Shown in pieces: positions 50,650 to 62,490 of a stretch of 64,000 nucleotides of DNA. The notes below the pieces were generated by a model that was not told the origin of the DNA, made no database searches, and saw only the letters and a list, made by a program, of their open reading frames with translations. The DNA lies in NCBI RefSeq assembly GCF_000332155.1, contig NZ_KB235903.1, positions 715,156 through 779,155 on the forward strand, read 5' to 3'. The stretch is from Kamptonema formosum PCC 6407 (GTDB lineage Bacteria > Cyanobacteriota > Cyanobacteriia > Cyanobacteriales > Microcoleaceae). Numbering within the stretch: position 1 is the stretch's first letter; each line of letters starts with the position of its first letter. The position numbers and the translations under genes were made by a program.

Positions 50650-51369
50650 TTAGTCCTTATGGGTTGGAATTGATTTATTCAAATGAGTGAAGTAGTGTTG
50701 GCTTCCTAGAACAATACCTAACGACAACATTACGATGAATATGAAACCAACAATCATGAACTTGGATTTTGAAAAGTTGTCAGCTTTGCGTGACTTTTCT
50801 GTAGACTTAGGTATGAAGTTACTAGGTGATAAAACTTTGTAAAGACGACTTGAAAATAAATGCAATTCATCCTGAGAAGTTAGTTTATAAATTCTATTAG
50901 ATTCTAAAATTTTTGAATTTTTAACAGCTTCGATCAATTTAGGATCGGGGGAACTTGGACGAAAATTGTCCCACTGATATTCACAGCTCTCATAGAATAA
51001 TTGAAATTCCGCAACTTTGAAAAATCTAGCTTCGTCTTTGTCGGCAATTACAAGATACTCAGCTTCATTTATACGTCCTTTTTTGAATAATCGATTAATG
51101 TAATAAATCGCCTGGGCAATAACCTTTGCTGCAACCTCTATATCGCCAAGTTTGACTGAATACTTGAATTCAAATAGAACCTTATTGACCACTAAATCAT
51201 GTCTTTCCTGAGTCTTAACTGGTAGAGAAAACTCTCTGATATAAGCAGCCTTAACTTCTTCTTCATTGGTTGCACTCTGTAGAGCCTCAATAAAACTAAA
51301 CTCCTGAGCTTCTGACCAGAGCTTTCCTTGTTGATTTGTTCGCTTTGCTTGCTCTTCCCACGCCCCCAT
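50650..51369 (-). CDS. Hypothetical protein (239 aa) with C-terminal TM. Possible PD-(D/E)XK-like motif
   Basis: HDLVVNKVLFEFKYSVK (D-x6-E-x-K). C-terminal FMIVGFIFIVMLSLGIVLG TM. 10 bp upstream of the 395-aa gene, so a likely operon. Confidence 0.45.
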   Translation of the reverse strand: MGAWEEQAKRTNQQGKLWSEAQEFSFIEALQSATNEEEVKAAYIREFSLPVKTQERHDLVVNKVLFEFKYSVKLGDIEVAAKVIAQAIYYINRLFKKGRINEAEYLVIADKDEARFFKVAEFQLFYESCEYQWDNFRPSSPDPKLIEAVKNSKILESNRIYKLTSQDELHLFSSRLYKVLSPSNFIPKSTEKSRKADNFSKSKFMIVGFIFIVMLSLGIVLGSQHYFTHLNKSIPTHKD

Positions 51370-51686
51370 AAAGAAAATTCCTAGCTGTAAAGCTTTATCA
51401 ATGGTGACACTATCCTAACTTACCGCACCCATACCCTCAAGTTCAACGTGCCAACTGAGGGTGAAAAAACTTAACTATTAATTTAATTGTGCCGCATACT
51501 CAGCAAGCAATCAAGGAATTATCGAAAATTCATTTCCCTTATCCTGTAGTTAGGCCTGATCTTAAAGAGAAGGCTACCGCGCCCTTGGCTGTTCCCCTAC
51601 AACTCAAAACTCCTTCCCTTTACCATCTTGACTACTCTAGGGCTAGCGTGGACTAGACTGGGTATGTTGATTTTGGTTAAAATATC

Positions 51687-51983
51687 ATGAACTCTTCATC
51701 TAAAGGCCGCCTAGTTTGGAACCATTCCACCCACATCCCCGGTTTAATCCCCATCCTAGAGCGCCTCACCTATCTAAACGGCATTCAAACAGTCACTCCA
51801 GCCGTCATCGGCCATGTTAGAGGCCATATTCCCCGCTTAACATTAAGAGTATCAGTACCCATTCGCGGCGGATTTAAACTAATCGCCAGACAGGGTAAAA
51901 CTGTACAAGAGGTATTTATATTAACAACTCTGAGTCAAGGCGACTTAGAAAGTGCGATCGCGCAAGCCTTACTCAAGGGGTGA
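51687..51983 (+). CDS. Small conserved hypothetical protein (98 aa)
   Basis: Clean ATG ORF. No secure motif. Confidence 0.4.
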   Translation: MNSSSKGRLVWNHSTHIPGLIPILERLTYLNGIQTVTPAVIGHVRGHIPRLTLRVSVPIRGGFKLIARQGKTVQEVFILTTLSQGDLESAIAQALLKG

Positions 51984-52049
51984 AAAAGTTAAAAATTTTC
52001 AACTAATCCTTCCCACATATCAGTTTTCAATTGATTACGTACTGCTCTT

Positions 52050-52120
52050 GATTAGCAATCAGCAATTAGCCATTAGCCATTAGCAATTAGCTATTAGCCA
52101 TTAGCAATTGTTGATTAGCT
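52050..52120. repeat. STRR-like heptamer array (AATTAGC/CATTAGC) overlapping the last ~10 codons of cpcF
   Basis: On the coding strand it is translated as ...MLANQQLLMANS*. Confidence 0.7.
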
Positions 52121-52716
52121 AACATTGCACGAGCCCGAACTGCCAAAATTTCATCTGTCTTGATTATTTCCTCAAGCCGAGCTAAAACCTCAGCTAACCA
52201 ATTAGCCTGCACTGTCGCCGCAGCCAAAGCTTGCAATCCTCCCACTGCTGCATAGCGAACCACCCACTCCGGGTCTTGAGACGCTTGTAGCAGGGTTTTG
52301 CAAGCTATTAATTGAGCTTCTGCAACCCTTTCTGGTGGCAATTGTTGCCAGCAAATCGTCCCTAAACCCTTAGTGGCGGCGCGACGCACGCTAAGAGCAA
52401 AATCATTAATGGCTGCATCTACTAAAACCTCTAAACCGCGTGGATCTCCAACTCCCGCTAAGGCGCGAATTGCCCAAGCTCTAGCACCGTAATTATAGCC
52501 GTCAAGCTGTTCTAGTAAGGGCAGTACGGCGGGTTCTCCCACTTGAATTAGACCTTCAACGGCTGCAACTGCGGCACCGGGGTTGTTATAGCCGAGAACT
52601 GTAATTAAAGTGGGAATTGCGCTCTCTGAACCAGTTGCAGCTAAAGCTTTAACTGCATTTAATAAGCTATCGGCTGAATCTGCTTTTTCAACTTCACGAA
52701 TTAGTTCTATTACCAT
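52087..52716 (-). CDS. cpcF: Phycocyanobilin lyase subunit CpcF (HEAT repeats)
   Basis: PBS-lyase HEAT-like repeats. Position after cpcE. Confidence 0.75.
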   Translation of the reverse strand: MVIELIREVEKADSADSLLNAVKALAATGSESAIPTLITVLGYNNPGAAVAAVEGLIQVGEPAVLPLLEQLDGYNYGARAWAIRALAGVGDPRGLEVLVDAAINDFALSVRRAATKGLGTICWQQLPPERVAEAQLIACKTLLQASQDPEWVVRYAAVGGLQALAAATVQANWLAEVLARLEEIIKTDEILAVRARAMLANQQLLMANS

Positions 52717-52868
52717 TTATTTATGTTAAGACTTACTTACTCACTACTATTTTCTGTCATTACGACCCAAGGGAACTAATCTAAGGGTAGGAAGCCAGCC
52801 CGAAGCAATTGCTACTCTCGATTTTTCGTTGCTGTTACTAAGTCCTGTAAACATTAAGAGAGAGAACT

Positions 52869-53699
52869 TTAGAGCAAACTATCCATCAGGGTCATTACTT
52901 GGACAGATTCATCAGATAAATAGAGGGATGGTGTTTGGTTCAGGTGGTGTTCTAATATTCCTTTAAGAGCAATCAGTTTAAGGCTATTTTCTGCTAAAGT
53001 TTCTGCGATCGCCACAGCTCCGGGCAAATAACCGATCGCTCCTAAATCCATTAAAGCCGATCGCCGCAATTGCAAATCACCGCCCTCTAAAGCTTGAACT
53101 AGGCGATCGCCATAAACTGCTTGACCTGTTAACTGGTACATTGCTCGCGCAGCAGCGTATTGTACCCGTTCTACAGGATGGTCTAGAAATGGGGCAATTA
53201 AGTCTGTTGCCGATCGAGCTTGGAGGGTTCCTAATGCTTCAATCACGGCATCATAAGGCTGTACTAAGTGAGGTTTTCCTGGTACTCGCACCGCAGCGGC
53301 CAAACCCCCTTCTAGCAATTTTACCAGTGCCGGAATGACCGTGCGATCGCCTAGCATTTCTAATGCCTGTACCGCCGCTTCCCGCACGTAATAGTCGGAG
53401 CATTCTAAACATTTAATCAGCGTCGGTATCGCTTGTTTATCTTCCAGTTTCCCCAATGCCCGCGCTGCATTGCGTTGTAGGGAATAGTCCCCCGCTAGAG
53501 TCAGTTCTGACTCTTCTTCCAAAGCGGCAATTAAACCTGCAATTGCCTCTGGTTCCTTAACTCGAAACCGACCAATCCACCAGGCGGCATAATAGCGAAG
53601 GCTATAATCTTGGTGGCTCAAATTCGCGATCGCCACATCCACCGTTAAAGACTCGGCCCCACTCATCTCCGGTGGCAAACCTGCTTCTGAATACTCCAT
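52869..53699 (-). CDS. cpcE: Phycocyanobilin lyase subunit CpcE
   Basis: HEAT repeats. YYAAWWIGRFR N-terminal motif typical of CpcE. Confidence 0.8.
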   Translation of the reverse strand: MEYSEAGLPPEMSGAESLTVDVAIANLSHQDYSLRYYAAWWIGRFRVKEPEAIAGLIAALEEESELTLAGDYSLQRNAARALGKLEDKQAIPTLIKCLECSDYYVREAAVQALEMLGDRTVIPALVKLLEGGLAAAVRVPGKPHLVQPYDAVIEALGTLQARSATDLIAPFLDHPVERVQYAAARAMYQLTGQAVYGDRLVQALEGGDLQLRRSALMDLGAIGYLPGAVAIAETLAENSLKLIALKGILEHHLNQTPSLYLSDESVQVMTLMDSLL

Positions 53700-53811
53700 A
53701 ATTCTTTATCTAGCAATCACCAAGAGGGTGAGAAAATTTTTAATTACTAAAACCATTAATTTAGATCGCCTTTTCTTTCAGACTTCTGCTATAAATGGTT
53801 AATTGCTAACA

Positions 53812-53885
53812 ACTAATTCCCAAATGCTAATTTACATAACTAGCAATCAGTAATTAGCTATTAGCAATTAGTTATTAGCTATTAG
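53812..53885. repeat. STRR-like heptamer array (AATTAGC/TATTAGC)
   Basis: cagtaattagctattagcaattagttattagctattagctattag. Confidence 0.7.
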
Positions 53886-53888
53886 CTA

Positions 53889-54143
53889 TTAGTTCTGCTC
53901 GGCTTCGACCGCACCATTTGTCAATGGTTGAATGCTAACAATTGTTCCACCTAAGCGAGCAATCCGTTCCATTTCCTGATTCATCCGGCTGTAAGGCACG
54001 ACGATTAATGTACTGCCAGAGCGAATCTGATAGTCATTGTGAGCCGTGTTTTCATTTTGGCGCAAGCCAGTCACTTCATAGCGAAAGCAGCGAGTGCTAG
54101 ACGAGGAAGTGCTTGGTTTTCCAGCTACGTTTTGACTCAACAT
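53889..54143 (-). CDS. cpcD: Phycobilisome small rod-capping linker CpcD
   Basis: CpcD-like domain (RCFRYEVTGLRQ...IRSGSTLIVVPYSRMNQEMERIARLGGTIVSIQPL). ATG at 54143; the track's longer ORF starts further upstream. Confidence 0.75.
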   Translation of the reverse strand: MLSQNVAGKPSTSSSSTRCFRYEVTGLRQNENTAHNDYQIRSGSTLIVVPYSRMNQEMERIARLGGTIVSIQPLTNGAVEAEQN

Positions 54144-54226
54144 TGTGCTTTTCACTTCCAACTTTTGAAGATTTATCAACCAAATTGCCAATGCTTAACA
54201 GTTAACATTTAACAGTTAACTGTTAA

Positions 54227-55096
54227 CTAAATAGCAGTAACGCTGGCAATTCTGCCACCCAGGCGATGAATTTTCTGCATTTCATTGAGTAGTGCTTCGC
54301 CAGGTATGACGAAAGCCCTGCTGCTGCGGCGCACACTGGGATATCCGCCAACACGAATACCTGCCACTTCAAGGCGGTACAAACGACCTTCTTTGCCGTA
54401 AGCTGCTGCGCCACCTAAACCAGTGCTAGGAGTAACGTTGGCACTAGAAGGACGATAAGCCCAGCCGTCGTTGCCGCCAGAGGGCCCAATAATCGCACTC
54501 ACCGTGTTGGAACCAAGTTCTCCAGCTAGGCGAGAGGAGTTACCTTCTAATTGAGCGCGATCGCTATTAGCATAGCCCCGGTATAAGCGGAATATGCGGG
54601 TAAACCCAACAGATCTTTGTCCTCGTTGAAAGACAAAGGCTCGGCAGTAAGGCACAATATCTTCACCGAAGTTTTCTTGATACTCTACAGAGTCAATGTA
54701 GGAATCAATATCAGCATCGTAACCTTGAGATTGGTACAAATTCAAATGATGGATCACTTCCGACTCATCGTAGGGAGCGCGACCTAGCAAATGTTTGTAG
54801 TTAAGTTCAATCAACCGGGTTTGGAAACTGTTGTAGAAAAACTTGGTTTTGTACAGTTCCGATTTCGCCACAGCCCGGACAAATTCCCGTACTGTCAAGC
54901 TACCATCAGACAGCAAAGACTCAGCACCGACTAGACGCTCTGATTTCATTACGTAGTCGTTACCCAATAGCTGACGATAAACAGCCTTAATCACAACTTG
55001 TGCGTCTTCTTTAGTCCAATTTTGACGCAATTCAAGCTTGGGTGCATCGCTATAAGCTGATGTTCCTAGTCTTGATGCTTGAGCGGTAATAGGCAC
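54227..55096 (-). CDS. cpcC: Phycocyanin-associated rod linker CpcC
   Basis: PBS-linker domain plus C-terminal CpcD-like domain; 289 aa. GTG start preceded by GGAGGA. Confidence 0.85.
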   Translation of the reverse strand: MPITAQASRLGTSAYSDAPKLELRQNWTKEDAQVVIKAVYRQLLGNDYVMKSERLVGAESLLSDGSLTVREFVRAVAKSELYKTKFFYNSFQTRLIELNYKHLLGRAPYDESEVIHHLNLYQSQGYDADIDSYIDSVEYQENFGEDIVPYCRAFVFQRGQRSVGFTRIFRLYRGYANSDRAQLEGNSSRLAGELGSNTVSAIIGPSGGNDGWAYRPSSANVTPSTGLGGAAAYGKEGRLYRLEVAGIRVGGYPSVRRSSRAFVIPGEALLNEMQKIHRLGGRIASVTAI

Positions 55097-55556
55097 GTCA
55101 AATCCTCCTGTGATTCACAATATCGTTCTTCGATTTGGGATTTTAGATTTTAGATTTTGGATTTATCCCTAATACACAAATAGAGAGATTAAAAATTTCA
55201 GAAAAAGCAAACTTTTCCCTTGCTAAAGCTAGGGGCTTGTTCCCAAAAAATCATCCAAAATTAAAAATCTAAAATCTTACAGCCAGTTGTTGGTCGTTAA
55301 CTTTTAACTGTTGGCGGCAAAACAGTTAATGGGCAACTGATAAAGAACTGTGTCCCTGATTTAGCTAGGGAAATGCTTATGATACTGCCGCATACAGTCA
55401 ATTTTTTATCGGTTTGCTCTTAATTAACTTCCAACCAGAAAACTTGTTTATTGCTCTTTGCAGCATCTACTGAAAACCGAAGATGCCCGGGAATGTAAAC
55501 AACCGCTAACCTATTTGCTAACAGCAGCTTACCTTTCCGGGCATCACGAGCGCGAT

Positions 55557-56045
55557 CTAGCTCAGGGCGTTGATTGCGTAGTCGATGTAGGAGTTAGCTT
55601 CAGAGGCAGCGTCGCCACTTAAACCGTGATTAGCTTTGATGTACTTGAGGGCTTCAACGTACCAGCTAGGAGACAACTCGAATGTGCGGTTGATTTCGTC
55701 GAGTCCTGCAATCAGGTACTCGTCGATGGGGCCGGTACCACCAGCAACCAAGCAGTAAGTGATCTGGCGCAGGTAGTAACCGATGTCGCGGGCGCACTTG
55801 GCTTTACCACGAGCATCAGAGGCGTAGTTATTCCCTTGCATTTGAGTGGTGTAGGGGAATTTGTTGTACACTGCTTGAGCTGCACCATCGGTCAAGCGCT
55901 GAGCGTTAGCGCTCAAGGATTTGGCGGCTTCTAAGCCAGAGGTGGCTTGGCGGAAGCGACCGAAAGCTACTTGGAGTTCGGTGCTGCTCAGGAAGCGGCC
56001 TTGAGAATCGGCGGCTGTCACTGCTTCAGTCAAAGGGGTTTTCAT
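55557..56045 (-). CDS. cpcA: C-phycocyanin alpha subunit
   Basis: 162 aa MKTPLTEAV... with chromophore Cys in KCARD. Confidence 0.95.
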   Translation of the reverse strand: MKTPLTEAVTAADSQGRFLSSTELQVAFGRFRQATSGLEAAKSLSANAQRLTDGAAQAVYNKFPYTTQMQGNNYASDARGKAKCARDIGYYLRQITYCLVAGGTGPIDEYLIAGLDEINRTFELSPSWYVEALKYIKANHGLSGDAASEANSYIDYAINALS

Positions 56046-56147
56046 TGTTGAGGTATCTCCCTAGTGTTTTGCTTTGGTGTTCGTAACAAGTTTGTTTTGT
56101 GCAGATGCGATCGCTCGCGTCTTACAGAATATGACCGACAGGGCTTT

Positions 56148-56669
56148 TTAGCCTACAGCAGAGGCAGCACGGTCGAAGTAGCCACCGATTTCAGAAACCA
56201 AGGAGCTGCAATCACCACGAGTGATGCCATTGGTATCGTTAACGATCGCGATCGCTGCTTCCTTCATTTTTTGGACACCGGCTGCAACAGAACCACCGGG
56301 AACTCCCAGAGCTTGGTAAGTTTCGCGGAGACCATTCAAGCAGCGATCGTCTAAAATGCTGGCATCGCCTGCGAAAGTTGCGTAGGTGACATAACGCAAG
56401 ATGATTTCCATGTCGCGTAAGCAAGCTGCCATACGACGGTGGGTGTAAGCATTACCGCCAGGAGCGATCAATTGGGGCTGTTCGGCGAACAAAGAACGAG
56501 CTGCGTTAGCAACGATGCTGGAAGCGTTGCCGGTAATCCGGTTAACTGCATCAATGCGCTTGTTGCCATCTGCAACCATGCTGCTCAGGGCATCCAATTG
56601 ACTGTTGGCGAGGAATTCGCCGCGAGCGTCAGCTTGGGAAACCACTTTGGTGAATGCGTCAAAACTCAT
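56148..56669 (-). CDS. cpcB: C-phycocyanin beta subunit
   Basis: [20 protein letters not shown]... with MAACLRD and GDCS chromophore sites. Confidence 0.95.
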   Translation of the reverse strand: MSFDAFTKVVSQADARGEFLANSQLDALSSMVADGNKRIDAVNRITGNASSIVANAARSLFAEQPQLIAPGGNAYTHRRMAACLRDMEIILRYVTYATFAGDASILDDRCLNGLRETYQALGVPGGSVAAGVQKMKEAAIAIVNDTNGITRGDCSSLVSEIGGYFDRAASAVG

Positions 56670-58292
56670 GAACGAACTCTCCTACTTTTGGACTTAATTA
56701 CGATACAAAACTGTTCAGTTAAAATCGATTCAGGCTGCTAGAGAGCCTGGAAAGGTTGAATACAGACCCCAGCTACTAGGCTGGCAGGCTTGGTTTCTGT
56801 CTTTGCCTCTGCTCTGGCTTTTTCCTGCCTGGCAACGGGCTCTTAAGAAACCTTAGAGAATTTTACACCGTTTATGAGAGGTAACAAACCTTGTCAATCA
56901 GTGTTTTTATTAACTGTTCGCCTGTTGTCTTAACCCTTCAGATAATCTTTATACAATGATGTCGAGCGTTTGTTTATTACAAATTATTACGGAATTTAAT
57001 CTTTTTTCATAGATTAAAAGTGGTAGGACTTAGCTCTAAAATTTACTCCTTTTGATAGATGCGCTTGCAGAGCTTCAACAGTCTAGGAGCTTCAGCTCTA
57101 CCTTAAGTGGGCAGAGTAGGGATTGGGCAGGAAAGACCTAAAGCGCGATCGCCCTTGGGCGATGCCCCTTACTCCCCGTTTTGTTAAGTAATGTAAACTA
57201 AATTAAAATTTAGTATGTAAGAAGCGGTGAAAGGGACTACTACGAAATATTTGAATATTGTCGTAGTGACTTGAGCGGCTCCCGATGTTTTAGTTAGGAA
57301 GTTGAGCGGCTACTAGGACTTAAAAATACCATCCGAACCATGACTATAGTCTAGCACCAGATACGCGACCCAAACATTCTGTGACTATTTCCTCCCTTGC
57401 ATTGCTAAATATTAGTGAAAGCTACTTTCTAAGCTTTCCCTAACCATCCGCTCTCTTGCTCTAGTAATAAGTACCGATGAATGCTACTTTCTAACCAACG
57501 AGCGGGAGGTTGTACCCAATCCTAGTTAACTGTTATAGTGGGTATCATTCCGCGATTTATCGTAGTAATTTTCACAAATAATAGCCCGCTCGCCCTAATC
57601 ATACCAAATAGTTCTGCCCCTAGAATTCTCTCGCAGTTTTAACGACAATCTCTCAAGCAACCAACATTTAGATAGCATTTATATTCATCAAAAGTAGCAT
57701 TTACAAGGTAAAAAAGCCGATCTCGTACCCATGTGTACGTGAGTGTAAAGGATAACATTCTTGGTAGTGCTGTTTGACAAGTCTCGCTTTTTGTTTTACT
57801 GTCACCGCTCGATTTCATACATATAATTACACCTTAACTAATGTTATAAATACAGCGAATCAAGTCGCTATTACCACATATTTCATGAGAAAAAGAGTGA
57901 ATCAAGTTGCGCCTCGAATATATTTTAATTCTAATGATCCTAGTAGCGATTGGAGTCGTTTTTGCGTACACTAATCACGACCCGAAATTCCAATTTCTTT
58001 ACTTTAGTTTACAAAAGTGCCACGATTAGGGAAGATTACAAGTCAAAGGTCAAGACTCCCGCCAGTAGTCAAGCTGCGGTGTAAGAGTTAAAATCCTTGG
58101 ACTCAAAGGATTGACCACAACTACTTGGGTAAAACCCCAAAAAATTGCTAATTTTTATGTAGTGGTGGGTCAAAGTTATTCAGCCGGAGGAAAGTAAGCG
58201 GACACACAGAGAGAAATACGCAATTTTTCTTCTCCCTCCTGCTTCCTTTTTTCTCCCACAACAAACCCCACAAGCCCAATGCCTTAAGCCCA

Positions 58293-61133
58293 ATGCCCCA
58301 TCCTCAAACTATGCCTTCAAATTCTCCGTTAGCTTGGCACAGCCTAGAAATTGACAAAACCCTGCAACAGCTAAGCAGCGACCCCGACACTGGTCTGAGC
58401 GCTCAAGAGGTGTCACAACGCTTGCAGCAATACGGCCCGAACGAACTCGAAGAGATAGCAGGGCGTAGCCCTTTGTCGATTTTTATCGACCAGTTCACCA
58501 ACATTATGCTGTTGATGCTGATGGGCGTGGCTGTAGTTTCGGCTATTTTGGACATCAGAAGTAACAGTTTCCCCAAAGACGCGATCGCGATTTTTGCCAT
58601 AGTCGTCCTTAACGGTATCTTGGGCTATCTCCAAGAAAGCGGTGCCGAAAAAGCCCTCGCTGCCCTCAAAAACCTAGCTTCTCCCCTAGTGCGAGTAGTG
58701 CGCGATCGCAAAATTTCGGAAATTACCGCCAAAGAACTCGTACCGGGAGACATCATGCTGCTGGAAGCCGGGGTAAAAGTAGCAGCCGATGGCCGTCTGA
58801 TCGAAGCATCCAACTTGCAAGTTAGAGAATCGGCCCTCACAGGGGAAGCTGTACCAGTCACCAAACAAGCTGGGGTAGAACTCAAAGAAGATACATCTTT
58901 AGGCGATCGCATCAACTTAATTTTTCAAGGCACAGAAGTAGTCCAAGGCAGGGCAAAGGCGATCGTCACCGGCACCGCAATGGATACGGAACTGGGTAAA
59001 ATTGCCGCCCTTCTCCAGTCCGTAGAAAGCGAACCAACACCGCTACAACAGCGGATGACTCAGCTAGGAAACGTTCTAGTCTCAGGAGCCCTGGGCTTAG
59101 TTGCCATCGTCGTCATTGGCGGAATGCTCAAATTTGATGGCGGCGGGCTGGGGTTCGATACCAGTAGATTTGAAGAACTGCTAGAAGTCTCCCTAAGTAT
59201 GGCAGTGGCCGTCGTTCCCGAAGGTCTATCAGCCGTAGTCACAGTCACTCTGGCACTAGGAACTAGGCGGATGGTCAAGCGTAACGCCCTAATCCGCAAA
59301 CTGCCAGCAGTAGAAACTTTAGGTTCCGTCACCACGATTTGTTCCGACAAAACCGGTACCCTGACTCAAAATAAGATGGTAGTTCAGGGAGTCAATACCG
59401 CCAGCTACAGGGCGGCCCTGACTGGGGAAGGCTATGCCCCCATCGGCGAGTTCATGGATAGCGCCTCTAACAAAATTGAGAATTTAGAAGAATATCCCGA
59501 ACTCGAATCTATACTCGTCGCCTGTGCAGTCTGTAATGATGCAGTATTGCAGCAAGAAAAGGGCGAATGGATAATTTTAGGCGACCCCACAGAAGGAGCT
59601 CTACTTTCCTTGGCGGGAAAAGCCGGGATTTACAGGGAACAGCAAGCTAGAGTTTTACCTCGCGTGGCAGAGTTCCCCTTCTCCTCGGAACGCAAGCGGA
59701 TGAGCGTGATTTGCGAAATGCCAGGACATGGAGGGAAATGGGCTGTACCTCTGGAAAATGAGGAAGAGGCAAATTATTTAATGTTTACCAAGGGCTCTCC
59801 AGAATTGATTTTGGAGCGCTGTAAATCTATTGTCACGGGCGATCGCGCCGATTTTCTCACTGATGAAGTTCGCACCAGCATCCTAGAGCAAAATAATGAC
59901 ATGGCAAGTCGCGGCCTGCGCGTACTTGGTTTGGCTTATAAATCTTGGGAAAGCTTGCCGTCAGAAGCTTCTGAAGAAACTAGCGAGACAGAGATGGTTT
60001 GGCTAGGGCTGGTGTGTATGCTAGACGCACCTCGACCAGAAGTAAGGGACGCAGTGGCAAAGTGTCGCGACGGTGGTATCCGCGCCGTGATGATTACAGG
60101 CGATCACCAGTTAACGGCAAAGGCGATCGCGATCGATTTAGGAATTGCCCAAGCAGGCGATCGCGTCCTCACCGGTCAAGAATTAGAAAGGCTCAGTCAA
60201 GAAGAACTCAAGGAGTTAGTTAGTAGCGTCAGCGTCTACGCCCGTGTCTCCCCAGAACACAAACTGCGAATAGTTAAAGCCTTGCAAAGTCTAGGCAAAT
60301 TTGTCGCCATGACAGGGGACGGCGTAAATGACGCTCCCGCCCTCAAGCAAGCAGATATCGGTATTGCAATGGGTATTACCGGCACCGATGTCAGCAAGGA
60401 AGCTAGCGATATGGTGCTGATCGATGACAACTTTGCCACCATTGTCGCCGCCGCTGAGGAAGGGCGAGTTGTTTACACCAATATTCGCCGCTTTATTAAG
60501 TACATTTTGGGTAGCAACATTGGCGAAGTTTTGACAATTGCAGCCGCTCCTTTAATAGGTTTGGGAGGAGTTCCCCTCTCGCCTTTACAAATTTTGTGGA
60601 TGAATTTAGTTACAGATGGCGTTCCTGCTTTAGCTTTGGCAGTGGAACCAGCGGAGCCAAATGTAATGAAGCGACCTCCTTTTAGCCCCCGCGAAAGTAT
60701 TTTTGCCAGAGGGTTAGGTCTATATATGGTTCGCATCGGGATTGTTTTTGCAATTATCACGATCGCGATGATGGCTTGGGCTTATAGCTTTACTCACGCT
60801 CCTGAGTATACGGGCGATCGAGACACTTGGAAGACGATGGTGTTTACAACTCTCTGTTTAGCTCAGATGGGACACGCGATCGCGATTCGCTCTAATACTC
60901 AACTAACCATTGAGTTAAACCCGATGACTAATCTCTTTGTTTGGGGAGCTGTAATTGTCACTACTATTTTGCAGCTAATGTTGATTTATGTTCCTTTCCT
61001 GAGAGACTTCTTCGGCACGCAGATTTTGAGTCCGATGGAACTTGCTATTTGCTTTGGTTTCAGTGCGTTGATGTTTGTTTGGATTGAAATGGAAAAGCTG
61101 TTTGTGCGCTTTTACCGTAAATCTCAGCATTAG
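58293..61133 (+). CDS. pacL: P-type Ca2+-transporting ATPase (PacL-like, P2A)
   Basis: DKTGTLT phosphorylation motif, [12 protein letters not shown], 10 TM pattern; 946 aa. Confidence 0.8.
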   Translation: MPHPQTMPSNSPLAWHSLEIDKTLQQLSSDPDTGLSAQEVSQRLQQYGPNELEEIAGRSPLSIFIDQFTNIMLLMLMGVAVVSAILDIRSNSFPKDAIAIFAIVVLNGILGYLQESGAEKALAALKNLASPLVRVVRDRKISEITAKELVPGDIMLLEAGVKVAADGRLIEASNLQVRESALTGEAVPVTKQAGVELKEDTSLGDRINLIFQGTEVVQGRAKAIVTGTAMDTELGKIAALLQSVESEPTPLQQRMTQLGNVLVSGALGLVAIVVIGGMLKFDGGGLGFDTSRFEELLEVSLSMAVAVVPEGLSAVVTVTLALGTRRMVKRNALIRKLPAVETLGSVTTICSDKTGTLTQNKMVVQGVNTASYRAALTGEGYAPIGEFMDSASNKIENLEEYPELESILVACAVCNDAVLQQEKGEWIILGDPTEGALLSLAGKAGIYREQQARVLPRVAEFPFSSERKRMSVICEMPGHGGKWAVPLENEEEANYLMFTKGSPELILERCKSIVTGDRADFLTDEVRTSILEQNNDMASRGLRVLGLAYKSWESLPSEASEETSETEMVWLGLVCMLDAPRPEVRDAVAKCRDGGIRAVMITGDHQLTAKAIAIDLGIAQAGDRVLTGQELERLSQEELKELVSSVSVYARVSPEHKLRIVKALQSLGKFVAMTGDGVNDAPALKQADIGIAMGITGTDVSKEASDMVLIDDNFATIVAAAEEGRVVYTNIRRFIKYILGSNIGEVLTIAAAPLIGLGGVPLSPLQILWMNLVTDGVPALALAVEPAEPNVMKRPPFSPRESIFARGLGLYMVRIGIVFAIITIAMMAWAYSFTHAPEYTGDRDTWKTMVFTTLCLAQMGHAIAIRSNTQLTIELNPMTNLFVWGAVIVTTILQLMLIYVPFLRDFFGTQILSPMELAICFGFSALMFVWIEMEKLFVRFYRKSQH

Positions 61134-61202
61134 GATTTGCTGGGTAGAAATACAATAAAGAATTAGTAGTTTGGGTGGAGCATAGCGAAACCCAACTCTA
61201 AT

Positions 61203-61296
61203 TAATTAAAAATTAAAAATTAGAATTTAAAAATTAACACCTAATAAATCAATAGCTATCAACCAACAACTATCAACTAACAACTAACAACTAACT
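61203..61296. repeat. A/T-rich tandem short repeats (AAAATTA and CAACTAA families)
   Basis: aaaaattaaaaattagaatttaaaaattaa ... caactatcaactaacaactaacaactaact. Confidence 0.6.
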
Positions 61297-61302
61297 ATTC
61301 TG

Positions 61303-62490
61303 ATGTATTTGAGAAGTATCCACCTCCGACAGTTTCGCAACTACCGAGATCAGAAGGTAATATTTGATGCTCCTAAAACAATTTTGGTTGGCAATAATGC
61401 TCAAGGAAAATCTAATTTATTAGAAGCAGTAGAGTTGCTTTCAACTCTCAAAAGCCATAGAGCAACACGCGATCGCGATTTAATCCTTGACGCTAAACCC
61501 ATAGGGCAAATTGATGCTAGCTTAGAACGGCAAACTGGGATAATTGATTTAACTTTAACCCTTCGCAATCAGGGAAGGCGCACTGTTGGACTCAACGGCG
61601 AACCTCTGCGTCGGCATTTAGACTTTTTGAGCGTACTCAATACAGTACAGTTTTCGAGTTTAGACTTAGATTTAGTGCGAGGTAGCCCAGAACATCGGCG
61701 GGACTGGATCGATCGCTTAGTCACGCAATTAGAACCTGTCTATGCTCACATTTTACAGCAATATAACCAAATTCTGCGGCAGCGAAATGCTTTTTTGAGG
61801 CGAGAGAAAGAGCAAGCGAACAAAGGAGAATTACCAACCACCAATTACCAATCACCAATTACTAATTACCAATCACCAATTACCAATTCCGAATTAGCTT
61901 TATGGGATGCACAATTAGCAACTGCGGGAGCTCGTGTTATCCGCAGACGCGATCGCGTTTTAGAGCGGTTAATCCCTTTAGCTCAAAGTTGGCATCGCTC
62001 AATTAGTGGTAGTATGGAGGTTTTAGATGTTAAGTACATACCTAATGTAGAAGTAATCCAAGAATTAATTGCTCGCGATCGTCTTGAAGGAGTACGTCAA
62101 GCTTTTTTAGATAAAATTAGGGAAAGAGCGATCGCCGAATATTACCAAGGTACTACCTTAGTCGGCCCTCACCGAGATGATATTTCTTTTACTATTAATA
62201 ATACTCCTGCTCGTCAATACGGTTCCCAAGGTCAGCAGCGCACTCTAGTATTAGCATTAAAATTAGCCGAATTACAACTCATTGAAGAAGTTGTTGGCGA
62301 ACCTCCCCTATTATTGCTTGACGATGTACTTGCAGAACTAGATCTCAATCGCCAAAATCAACTTTTAGAGACTATTCAAGAGCGATTTCAAACTCTAATT
62401 ACTACTACCCATTTAGGTGCTTTTGATGCCCAGTGGTTGCAGCAAACCCAAATTTTATCAGTCCAAGCTGGACAAATCACTCAAATTTAA
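61303..62490 (+). CDS. recF: DNA replication/repair protein RecF, with in-frame heptamer-repeat insertion
   Basis: Walker [14 protein letters not shown], signature and Walker B ([12 protein letters not shown]). 395 aa. Confidence 0.85.
   Translation: MYLRSIHLRQFRNYRDQKVIFDAPKTILVGNNAQGKSNLLEAVELLSTLKSHRATRDRDLILDAKPIGQIDASLERQTGIIDLTLTLRNQGRRTVGLNGEPLRRHLDFLSVLNTVQFSSLDLDLVRGSPEHRRDWIDRLVTQLEPVYAHILQQYNQILRQRNAFLRREKEQANKGELPTTNYQSPITNYQSPITNSELALWDAQLATAGARVIRRRDRVLERLIPLAQSWHRSISGSMEVLDVKYIPNVEVIQELIARDRLEGVRQAFLDKIRERAIAEYYQGTTLVGPHRDDISFTINNTPARQYGSQGQQRTLVLALKLAELQLIEEVVGEPPLLLLDDVLAELDLNRQNQLLETIQERFQTLITTTHLGAFDAQWLQQTQILSVQAGQITQI
61831..61890 (+). repeat. STRR-like heptamer array (CCAATTA/CCAATCA) embedded in-frame in recF (encodes [20 protein letters not shown])
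   Basis: ttaccaaccaccaattaccaatcaccaattactaattaccaatcaccaattaccaattcc. Confidence 0.75.

Noticed and set aside
51400-51690. tRNA or small RNA genes in the intergenic gaps (51.4-51.7 kb, 57-58.3 kb, 28.9-30 kb)
   Set aside because: No cloverleaf-compatible sequence with T-loop GTTCRANYC and matched acceptor stems could be found by eye. Cannot be excluded without tRNAscan/Infernal.
57774-57974. 66-aa ORF in the cpcB upstream region
   Set aside because: No RBS or motifs, AT-rich. Treated as non-coding promoter or leader DNA.
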